Part shown: in pieces, positions 19,783 through 27,791 of the stretch
Position numbering within the stretch: position 1 is the stretch's first letter
Layout: every line of letters begins with the position of its first letter
NCBI GenBank assembly: GCA_963777315.1
Contig: CAVZQC010000002.1
Span: 832,001 to 896,000, forward strand
DNA from: Vulcanimicrobiota bacterium
GTDB taxonomy: Bacteria; Vulcanimicrobiota; Vulcanimicrobiia; Vulcanimicrobiales; Vulcanimicrobiaceae
DNA length: 64,000 nt
Direction: 5' to 3'
Notes under the pieces: model-generated
The model's database searches: none
Told to the model about the DNA's origin: nothing
What the model saw: only the letters and a program-made list of their open reading frames with translations
Program-made: the position numbers and the translations under genes

Positions 19783-21267
19783 ATGCGACTTGTCGTGTTA
19801 TCTCTTTTAGCGTTCGCCGCACTCTTTGCCGCGGGCCATAACGCGCCGTCTACGCCGCGGTTCGATAAAGCGGCGTGCCCGAAAACGCCGGAGCCGATTA
19901 AGGCGCTGCAATATGCGCGCTGCGGTTTTCTGGTCGTGCCGGAAAACCGTTCAAACTCTCAGAGCCGGGAAATTCGCCTCGCGGTCGCGATAGTGCCGTC
20001 GAGTTCGAAACCCGCGCAGCCCGACCCGATCGTGTTCATGGCGGGCGGACCGGGAGAGGCGGCGATTCTGGACACGCCGTTCTTGGTCGACGCCGGTATC
20101 AATCGTAATCGCGATCTCATCATCATGAATCAGCGTGGGACGCTGTACGACGATCCCGATCTCAACTGCCCGGAGTCTGACCGATACTACGCGCACCAAG
20201 TCAGTCTCGTCTACGATGCGCCCTCGACCGGACGAACGCAAGCGGCAGCAGCGGCCGCGTGTCGCCGCCGGCTCATCAATCGAGGCATCGACCTCAGCGC
20301 GTACAACACGACGGAAAACGAGCAAGACTTCGTCGATCTGCGGCGCGTGCTTGGCGTGCGTCGATGGGACCTGTATGGGTACTCGTACGGAACCGATCTT
20401 GCGCTCTCGTTGATGCGCGATCACCCCGACGGTGTCCGTACCGTTACGATCGATTCGGTCGTTCCGCCGGATGCGATCAGCCTTCCCTGGACATGGAGCA
20501 GCGCGCGTGAGGGGATGATGACGGTCTTTGGCGACTGTCAGGCGCAGCCGAAGTGCGCTCGCAAATATCCGAACCTGTTAGCGACGTTTACGCAGCTCGT
20601 GCGCCGCTTTGAGGCGCATCCGCTCGTGCGTAGAGTCGTTCCGCCGCACGGCAAGAACGCGGTGAAAATCGTGTTGGACGGCGGCGCGCTCGTAAACATG
20701 CTCGTAGGAAACAGGCCCAAGGCGGCGGATGTTCCACGAGCAATTACAGAGCTCGCGCACGGTAATCCGAAAATGTTTCTCGAGCAGCGAGCGGCTGGAG
20801 CGCATGTCACTCCCGTTCCGGAGCAGGCGCTGGGCATGACGCAGAGTTTCCTTTGTCGGGAATCGACGCCGTACGGTTCGCGCGCGGCAATCTTGCGCGC
20901 CGGAAGACAGGCGTTTCCGGCCTGGCCTTCCTCGGTTTTGATCAACGCTCCCCAACTGCCGTTCGAGCACGAACTGTGCGACGTGTGGAACGTTCCGCCA
21001 GGGCCTGCATCGCAGCGTATTCGAGTTCATAGCAGTTTACCTACGCTTATCGTGGTGGGGGCAATCGACGCAAAAACCGGCGCGCAGTGGGGACGATATG
21101 CTGCCGCAACGTTGCCGAAGTCGACGTACGTGCGCATGCCGGGTATGGCACACTGGGTGATCGTGCAGTCGCCGTGCGCGCAGCGGATCTTCCAATCGTT
21201 TCTCGCGAGTCCGAGTAAAACAAACACGTCGTGCGCGGCAACCGTGCGCGGAATCGAATTTAAATGA
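19783..21267 (+). CDS. Secreted alpha/beta hydrolase (tripeptidyl aminopeptidase-like)
   Basis: Signal peptide, GGPG, NQRG, GYSYG nucleophile, C-terminal Asp/His. Confidence 0.88.
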   Translation: MRLVVLSLLAFAALFAAGHNAPSTPRFDKAACPKTPEPIKALQYARCGFLVVPENRSNSQSREIRLAVAIVPSSSKPAQPDPIVFMAGGPGEAAILDTPFLVDAGINRNRDLIIMNQRGTLYDDPDLNCPESDRYYAHQVSLVYDAPSTGRTQAAAAAACRRRLINRGIDLSAYNTTENEQDFVDLRRVLGVRRWDLYGYSYGTDLALSLMRDHPDGVRTVTIDSVVPPDAISLPWTWSSAREGMMTVFGDCQAQPKCARKYPNLLATFTQLVRRFEAHPLVRRVVPPHGKNAVKIVLDGGALVNMLVGNRPKAADVPRAITELAHGNPKMFLEQRAAGAHVTPVPEQALGMTQSFLCRESTPYGSRAAILRAGRQAFPAWPSSVLINAPQLPFEHELCDVWNVPPGPASQRIRVHSSLPTLIVVGAIDAKTGAQWGRYAAATLPKSTYVRMPGMAHWVIVQSPCAQRIFQSFLASPSKTNTSCAATVRGIEFK

Positions 21268-22796
21268 AACGCGGATCGTGGTTTGCAATTCTCGTCGGCA
21301 TACTGGTCGCATCGGGTGCGGGTGCACATTTCGCTACGGCGGCAGCGCCGAGCGCGCCGTCGTTCGTTGCAGGCCCGTGCCCGGCGCCGCCGGAGCCCAT
21401 TCCGCAGCTGAAAGGGGCGCGATGCGGACGGCTCATCGTTCCCGAGGACCGGCAGCGTGCCGGCGGCCGGACGATCAGCTTGGCGGTGGCAATCATTCCA
21501 GCGGCGGCCGCAGTAAAGAGGAGGGAGCCGATCGTGTGGCTTGCCGGCGGCCCGGGAGACGATGCGATTACCGAGATCCCGATGGCGCTGGCCGGAAAAC
21601 TCAACGCCGATCGCGACGTCGTCTTTATGTCGCAACGCGGCACGTATACCGCTCGACCGAAGCTGACGTGCGAGCCGGTCGATCGCTGGGGTGCCGAAAC
21701 GCTCAACATGCCATACGATGCACCCGCAACGCAGCGGGCGTATTCCATTGCAACGCTCAAATGCCGCCAGGAGTTATTGGCGCGCACTAGCGACCTCGGC
21801 GCGTATAACTCCTTGGAAAGTGCGGACGACCTCGACGATCTGCGCGTCGCATTGCACATCCCTAAATGGAACGTGTACGGCATTTCCTACGGAACGGATC
21901 TGGCCCTGACCTATATGAAACGGCATCCCGGCGGCATCCGATCCGTCGCCATCGACGGCGTGTTTCCGCCGCCAATCGCCGGCGGTGTCGCAGCGTGGAC
22001 CAGCGCCGGTGAGGGGATCAATGCGGTGTTCAAGGCGTGCCAAGGACAGGCCGCATGCCGTAAGCGATACGGCGACATCGGCGCGACCTTCCGGCAGCTT
22101 GTGATCCAGTACGAGGCATCGCCGAAGACCTTCAAAGTAGCGGTGCCTGGGCAATCCGGAAAAGTGAACGTCAAAATCAGCGGCGGCATGCTCCTGCAAT
22201 GGGCGGTTTCGCCTGGGACGCACATTGCAGCAAAGGTTCCCGCTGCAATTTACGCGCTCGCGCACGGCGACCCGGCGCCGATCGCATCGACTTGGGCCGC
22301 ACCGAAGCTCAATCCCGCCGGTATCGGCGTTCTGGGCAACGGGCTATTTTACGGCGTGTCCTGCGGTGAGTGGGTGCCGTACGAAACGGAGCAGAGCGTC
22401 GTCGCCGCGGGACGGCGCGCTTTTCCAACGTTCCCGACTTCGATTTTGAGAAACGCTCCGAACCTGCCGTTTATGCGTCAGAACTGTCGCGACTGGAACG
22501 TGCCGCGAGTTTCTGAGGTGGTGCGATCGGTGACGCGAAGCAGCATACCGACCCTCGTCGTGAACTCGCAATACGACGGACAGACTGCGGCATCGTTCGG
22601 TGCCTACGTGGCTCGTACGCTGTCGAATTCTACCGTCGTAACCATACCGAACATTGCCCACGTTGCGTTCGGCAGTCCATCAGCCACTTCAAACGAGTGC
22701 GCGTTTGCGATCGCAGCGTCATTCTTCGACGTATTGAACAAAGCAGACACGAGCTGCGTCAAAAGAGTACCGTCAACGAAGTTCGTGCTAAAGTGA
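21264..22796 (+). CDS. Secreted alpha/beta hydrolase (TAP-like), paralog
   Basis: GGPG, SQRG, GISYG; overlaps upstream stop codon. Confidence 0.88.
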   Translation: MKRGSWFAILVGILVASGAGAHFATAAAPSAPSFVAGPCPAPPEPIPQLKGARCGRLIVPEDRQRAGGRTISLAVAIIPAAAAVKRREPIVWLAGGPGDDAITEIPMALAGKLNADRDVVFMSQRGTYTARPKLTCEPVDRWGAETLNMPYDAPATQRAYSIATLKCRQELLARTSDLGAYNSLESADDLDDLRVALHIPKWNVYGISYGTDLALTYMKRHPGGIRSVAIDGVFPPPIAGGVAAWTSAGEGINAVFKACQGQAACRKRYGDIGATFRQLVIQYEASPKTFKVAVPGQSGKVNVKISGGMLLQWAVSPGTHIAAKVPAAIYALAHGDPAPIASTWAAPKLNPAGIGVLGNGLFYGVSCGEWVPYETEQSVVAAGRRAFPTFPTSILRNAPNLPFMRQNCRDWNVPRVSEVVRSVTRSSIPTLVVNSQYDGQTAASFGAYVARTLSNSTVVTIPNIAHVAFGSPSATSNECAFAIAASFFDVLNKADTSCVKRVPSTKFVLK

Positions 22797-22998
22797 CGAC
22801 GGTATAGGCTGGGCAATTGCGGAATGGTACGCGCTTGGCTCGAACGGTTTGCTGAAGTCGTGAATTAACAGGAAACGCACGCATCTACAAGTGAGCTGCC
22901 GCGACCGTGTGCCGCGTTCATGTGGACTGTAACTGAACATAGGCGAAGAAGCGCCTTCGCCCAGATCCCCTGGCCCGCAGGGGTTTGAGCGTTTCCGA

Positions 22999-23045
22999 TG
23001 GCGGAGATGGGGCGATGGTCAGACCCTGACCCCTTACATGCGAAG
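22999..23045 (-). repeat. att site: degenerate duplicate of the tRNA-Ala 3' half
   Basis: tggcggagatgggg...gaccccttacatgcgaag versus tggtggagatgggg...gaccccttacatgcgaag at 41268-41313; the 18-bp core is identical. Confidence 0.9.
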
Positions 23046-23170
23046 GAAAAAAGCCACAAAACCGCGCGCTCGTAAGAAACCGAAGAAGTAGCGGGATTTT
23101 GCCCGTGAAATTGGACTTTTTGCGCGCTTCCTTCGTCCGCCGGCGTCCGCGATTTCCGCCGGTTTCCGCG

Positions 23171-23195
23171 CCAATTGTCGTACGATTGTCGTAAA
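23171..23195. repeat. Putative integrase arm-type site (left)
   Basis: ccaattgtcgtacgattgtcgtaaa, 24/25 identical to 41172-41196; internal tandem ttgtcgta. Confidence 0.75.
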
Positions 23196-23234
23196 ACGAC
23201 GACGCTCCCCAATCGAGCCGGCCTGAATCGGCCA

Positions 23235-24632
23235 CTAATAGATCGTATCAGTCAGATAGCCAGATCTCCCGTAGCAAGGCAGACCGTACTTTGTCTTGTG
23301 CGGGTTCAAGCGCGAATTCGCCTTAGTGCGCCGGAAGCGCTTTCCGCAAGCCGGACACTCATACACGTATATCGGCCCGGATCTAGAGCGGGCGCGGCGG
23401 ACAAACGAGTGCGACGACGCCGACCGTGGGGGAAGCGCTGGTATGCCGCCCATCTCAGTAGGCGTTAACTCAATCGCAAACCTTGGCGTGAACGTCTGCG
23501 CTGACACTGTCGCCCCTTGTATACGATCGACCCTATAGCTACGTAGTTCTCCCGTGTTGCTACGAATTGCGTAGAGCAGTACATGACCATCGCCTGTGCG
23601 ACGCAATGAGTAAGGCTCTATGGATCTGACGCTGCCGTTATAAAGGAGATTTACGCAGAGATGATTTGACGCCGCAAATCGCACAATTTCAAGGTGTGAA
23701 GACGCGGGAACGCCTGCGCCGCGCAGTGCACCCACCGGAGGTCTGAGCAACACCTCGCCTGGCCCTATTGGCGCAATTGCTGGCGTGGCCGGAGCGGCGC
23801 CAGTCGCCAGCCAGTTGAAAAGATCTGGAAGGGTCGACCAAAAGGATTCGAACGATGGCAAAGCAGGCAGTTGATGGCCCAGCATTACTGCCCAGTCGAC
23901 TTGCAATTCGTCGAGCGCGAGGGCAACCGTTGCGACGGTCGGCATGGTGATTCCCTTGAATGCGCATTTGCGCTGCAGTACCATCAATACGTCCGCCGCA
24001 GCGGGCCTAATCTGTTCGAACCTAAACAGGTTCACGACATCATACAGATCGCGGGGTCGCGTCCTTTCCCCTAGAGCGCGAAGCTTTTCACCCATCAGCT
24101 CGCTGTAGGAGTAACATTGGGCCGCCATTCCCGTTGCTGGTCTGTCGCTATACGGATGGCCGATAGGCCGCTCTACGGGTGAGTGTACGATGATCTCATC
24201 TGCAGTAAGGTCCAGCTTTATGCGAGGTAACGCACCAGCACGCCGTAACGGTCCATTGTAGTAAATTCTCCCTTCGCAACTCGTGTTGCCGCGAGGATTT
24301 TGGTAAATATCAAAGCGCAACTGGTCAGCGGGGATATCGATTCCGACATTGTCGTAAAGCCACGAAGCGATTTTGGTGAATTCGTCGCGCAAAAATCGTT
24401 CATCGAGATGTACGGTATCCGAAAGCGTGAAATCAAGGTCTTCCGAAAAGCGATAGGTTTCGAAGTAGCACTTCTTGAGGCAGGTGCCTCCCTTGAATAC
24501 CCACGTTGCGGCTAGCTCGGGTTGTGCATAGATTGCCGCAAGTAACCAACCAAGTACGTAGTCTTTCTCAACTATGTCCGGTGACAGCGACAACTCCGTC
24601 GCGACAGCAAGAATTTCTCCGCGATCAATCAT
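23235..24632 (-). CDS. abiEii: AbiEii-type nucleotidyltransferase toxin fused to a WYL domain and a C-terminal Zn-ribbon
   Basis: EKDY, FKGGTCLKK, RFSEDLDF, EKLRAL, RPRDLYD; then IEPYSL...RSYRVDRI (WYL-like); then CPACG...H...C. Confidence 0.88.
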   Translation of the reverse strand: MIDRGEILAVATELSLSPDIVEKDYVLGWLLAAIYAQPELAATWVFKGGTCLKKCYFETYRFSEDLDFTLSDTVHLDERFLRDEFTKIASWLYDNVGIDIPADQLRFDIYQNPRGNTSCEGRIYYNGPLRRAGALPRIKLDLTADEIIVHSPVERPIGHPYSDRPATGMAAQCYSYSELMGEKLRALGERTRPRDLYDVVNLFRFEQIRPAAADVLMVLQRKCAFKGITMPTVATVALALDELQVDWAVMLGHQLPALPSFESFWSTLPDLFNWLATGAAPATPAIAPIGPGEVLLRPPVGALRGAGVPASSHLEIVRFAASNHLCVNLLYNGSVRSIEPYSLRRTGDGHVLLYAIRSNTGELRSYRVDRIQGATVSAQTFTPRFAIELTPTEMGGIPALPPRSASSHSFVRRARSRSGPIYVYECPACGKRFRRTKANSRLNPHKTKYGLPCYGRSGYLTDTIY

Positions 24633-25443
24633 GCAGCCCCGACGGCACGAGCCAGCTGGAAGGTACCCTGAGCTGCCACCGCTTGACAACCCGAGGCGAT
24701 TTCTGCGATGGATCCAGATTGACGAGCCCGGTGTTTAATCGGGATGAACAAGCCTTTACAAGTTCGGATGGTGCTCCCGCTCGTTCCGCTATGAAACCGA
24801 GCCGCTTGAAGATAGCACCATTTGCTACACGGTCCGCGTAGCTGATTAAGGTTTCCGGATCTGCATCTCGTCGCGAAAGATATTGGCGAAAGCAGTCGTA
24901 CACGTGCCGAATTCCACCGCCGTCACTCGGGCGATCCAACATGTCGATGATTGTGCGATGGACATCGGATACGTCTATTCTGACACTGCCTTGCCAGATA
25001 GCCTTCGTCCCGAAAAGATAATTTGTCGGAATGTGTCGCACGACGAACGACACGTCGTACGTGCTTTGATGCGTCTGCCTTACTGGGCGCGCGGTGTGAA
25101 CGAACACCGTTCTGAAAAGCTGTTCTGTCAGGTCCCAGTACTGAGCGGCGCTTGCAGCAGCCACGTAGCCTGGGCTGAACAACGTCGGGACCAGGACCCA
25201 GACGTCTTCCAGAACTCGGTCATCGAGCGATGATGACGGGGGCACCGGGGCATAAAGGCCTCGCCGGATCCTGGTAAGGAGGCCGTTACTTTTCCAGCCG
25301 GCTAGCAGCCTAGACGCAGCCCCAGGCGGAAGGCCTAAGACCGAGCCGACGTCATTTGCGGAGATGAGGTTGCCCGCTTGCCTGAGGACCAGAGACAGCC
25401 TCTCACGACTTTGCGCTTGCCTAGAGGCCTTGGTACGCTCCAA
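24625..25443 (-). CDS. abiEi: AbiEi-type antitoxin / transcription regulator (type IV TA)
   Basis: N-terminal wHTH (RIRRGLY), SAAQYWDLTEQ, RTIIDML and KRLGF; overlaps toxin start; TTG start with GGAG RBS. Confidence 0.85.
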   Translation of the reverse strand: MERTKASRQAQSRERLSLVLRQAGNLISANDVGSVLGLPPGAASRLLAGWKSNGLLTRIRRGLYAPVPPSSSLDDRVLEDVWVLVPTLFSPGYVAAASAAQYWDLTEQLFRTVFVHTARPVRQTHQSTYDVSFVVRHIPTNYLFGTKAIWQGSVRIDVSDVHRTIIDMLDRPSDGGGIRHVYDCFRQYLSRRDADPETLISYADRVANGAIFKRLGFIAERAGAPSELVKACSSRLNTGLVNLDPSQKSPRVVKRWQLRVPSSWLVPSGLHD

Positions 25444-25472
25444 CTTCAGTAATCACTCCATGACGGTGTTTT

Positions 25473-25491
25473 CTGTAGTTACAGTATACCA
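25473..25491 (-). promoter_or_regulatory. Putative abiE promoter (extended -10) with overlapping palindrome
   Basis: Minus strand TGgTATACT directly followed by the inverted repeat ctgta-nn-tacag. Confidence 0.5.
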
Positions 25492-25647
25492 TAGTGAAGG
25501 TGTGACTGCTTTGCTACTACCAGGGCAGGCTTGCGCTCATCCCGGACTTTGGGATTTTTGGCCGGTACCTTTCGGCCGGCGCAAAGCGGTCGACAACAGT
25601 GGGCGTACGCCGACCACAGTGCGAGCGGCGTTTTTGTATAGCACGAT

Positions 25648-26064
25648 TCAGCGAGATTGGTCAGCCCGCCTTACGATTCGCATCACTTCTGCGACAACGT
25701 CTTCCGTATCGTCATGCTCCCAAAAGCGAAGTACTGTCCACCCATTGTCAACTAGCGCGGCAGTTGTCTCCCGATCACGCTCGCGATTTTTATTGAGCTT
25801 TTGCCGCCACCACGCGGCATTGTGTTTCGGCCAAGACGCGTGGACCGGGCACGCGTGCCAAAAACAACCGTCAATAAATATGGCTACCTTCCACTTTGTG
25901 AAAACAATGTCTGCGCGTCTTCGGAGACTGCTACTCGGGCAAATGTCCACGCGATACCTTAAGCCCAGCGCGTGAAGGCGTCTCCGAACAAGCAGCTCAC
26001 AAGGCGTATCCTTGCGCCGCTGCCGCCGCATCTTATCTTTGACAGCTTTTGAAATTGGCTTCAT
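25648..26064 (-). CDS. vsr: Very-short-patch repair endonuclease
   Basis: MRRQRRKDTPCE, FIDGCFWHACP, NRERD and RFWEH motifs; start trimmed to the ATG at 26064. Confidence 0.92.
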   Translation of the reverse strand: MKPISKAVKDKMRRQRRKDTPCELLVRRRLHALGLRYRVDICPSSSLRRRADIVFTKWKVAIFIDGCFWHACPVHASWPKHNAAWWRQKLNKNRERDRETTAALVDNGWTVLRFWEHDDTEDVVAEVMRIVRRADQSR

Positions 26065-26142
26065 TGTCGAGGTAACTAGAAACTTCGGGCGCGATGAACC
26101 TAACCCCAGCAGGAGGTGAAAGGTACCCATCAAGACTTCGTT

Positions 26143-26166
26143 GTGACGTCAAGGAGTTGACGTCAC
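26143..26166. promoter_or_regulatory. Perfect inverted repeat, candidate operator between vsr and the methylase operon
   Basis: gtgacgtcaa-ggag-ttgacgtcac. Confidence 0.6.
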
Positions 26167-26227
26167 GCTACAGAAAGTTGTCGCAAATCGCGCCTTTAAG
26201 GAGCGGCTTAGACCCACGAGGACGCTA

Positions 26228-26500
26228 ATGCAACAATTGCCGCGTGAAGATGAGTTCCGATCATGGCTGGCCGCGAGAGGAGGTTTACACGGTCGATCGC
26301 TCGGTGACATCGTATCGCGATTGCGCCGTGCCGCGAGTTGGGGTGTAAATATTGAGGACTCGCTGACGGACGCGGAAGTTATCTTCTGGTTGGGGCAACG
26401 CGAACAGTTCCAGTCCTGTACGATGAACGTGCGCTCACAAATTCGGCGTGCCTTGTCTTACTATCGCGCCTTTATGCAGGAGCGCCGAGACGTTAAGTGA
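26228..26500 (+). CDS. Small hypothetical protein translationally coupled to the methylase
   Basis: 90 aa, helical and basic; GTGA overlap with the next gene. Confidence 0.65.
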   Translation: MQQLPREDEFRSWLAARGGLHGRSLGDIVSRLRRAASWGVNIEDSLTDAEVIFWLGQREQFQSCTMNVRSQIRRALSYYRAFMQERRDVK

Positions 26501-27573
26501 GTCGTAAGTCAGCGCGTAGAAAACGAAAAAAGCCTCAGCAAGCGTTCACTGCCGTTGATCTTTTCTGCGGAGCCGGAGGCGTGACCAGCGGCCTCAAGAG
26601 TGCCGGCGTGCGTGTTCTCGGCGCAGTCGATAATGACGAGGATTGCGTACGAACGATGAAGGCAAATCATCGTCGGACGAAGGTGCTGAATCTGGATTTA
26701 AGCGCCTGCGCCGCTGCAGATCTCCGAGAAGCGCTGAGAATAGAACGCGGCGCTTTGGACATTCTGACGATCTGTACACCGTGCCAGGCCTTCTCAACAA
26801 TGGCAATCAAGAACGCAAAGCCGAGCGATGCTAGAGCGGCACTTGTCACACGAATGGGTGATTTTGTCGAAGAACTTTTCCCGCGCGCTCTTATAATGGA
26901 AAATGTGCCGAGTCTCGCTCGGAACCAGCGCTTCTTTAAGCTTCTTGCGCGCTTGAAGAGCCTCGGATACTCCGTCGAATATCAGGTGGTCTGCGCGTCT
27001 TCAGCGCGCGTTCCCCAGCGGCGCAAGAGGCTTGTTTGCATCGCGGTGCGGGGTTTGGATGAGCTCCCAAAACTTGATATATCGTTGTCCCCCGGCCAAT
27101 CTAAAACAACGGTGAGACAGGCTTTTGGAGCGCTAGCGAATTGCTCAAAGGACGATCCATTACACGAGATTCGTAGACCCAAGGGTATTGTAGCGGAGCG
27201 GATTCGCGCAATACCACAGGATGGCGGAAGTCGCCATAGTCTGAATGGCAGGCTTGAACTACCATGCCACAAGCGCTTAAAGCGGCGGGGTATTGGTGGA
27301 TCGACAAACGTCTACGGCAGAATGAAATGGGATGACGTGTCGCCCACGTTAACGACACGATGCACGACGCCCGCCTGCGGTAGGTTCCTGCACCCGTGTG
27401 AGGATCGGGCGATCACACTTCGTGAGGCAGCGTTGCTACAGTCTTTTCCTCCGTCGTATCGCCTTGTGGGGACCGCGACATCGATTGAGAGGCAAATAGG
27501 TAATGCGGTGCCGCCGCTACTTGCAAAGGCCACAGTGGACCACGTGCTGGAGGCGCTCAAAGCGAAACCATAG
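26497..27573 (+). CDS. DNA (cytosine-5)-methyltransferase, DISARM DrmMII-like
   Basis: DLFCGAGG, PCQAFS, MENV, QRRKR, REAALLQSFP and GNAVPP motifs. Confidence 0.93.
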   Translation: MSRKSARRKRKKPQQAFTAVDLFCGAGGVTSGLKSAGVRVLGAVDNDEDCVRTMKANHRRTKVLNLDLSACAAADLREALRIERGALDILTICTPCQAFSTMAIKNAKPSDARAALVTRMGDFVEELFPRALIMENVPSLARNQRFFKLLARLKSLGYSVEYQVVCASSARVPQRRKRLVCIAVRGLDELPKLDISLSPGQSKTTVRQAFGALANCSKDDPLHEIRRPKGIVAERIRAIPQDGGSRHSLNGRLELPCHKRLKRRGIGGSTNVYGRMKWDDVSPTLTTRCTTPACGRFLHPCEDRAITLREAALLQSFPPSYRLVGTATSIERQIGNAVPPLLAKATVDHVLEALKAKP

Positions 27574-27791
27574 GGACCAAACGTTCCAGTTTAAGGCCTT
27601 CGCCAGGATAGCTACGGCCCGAACGCTATGTCAGATTTTTGACCCCTAGACCGGCAAGCAGCCTACGCTAAGGCGGCGAATACCCCTTAACCGATTCGGG
27701 GGCGGGGTGGGCTTGCAAATGGTTACACCAGCGGCATTTTTCGCGATCCCAGTGGTGCTCTCGGCTCTGGCAAGTTTGGAGGGCGCCGTTA

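Noticed and set aside
22999..23045. Second functional tRNA gene
   Set aside because: Only the 3' half is present and the T-arm is disrupted; it is an att remnant.
27574..27791. Structured ncRNA between the methylase and drmA
   Set aside because: No convincing stems, repeats or known motif seen by eye.
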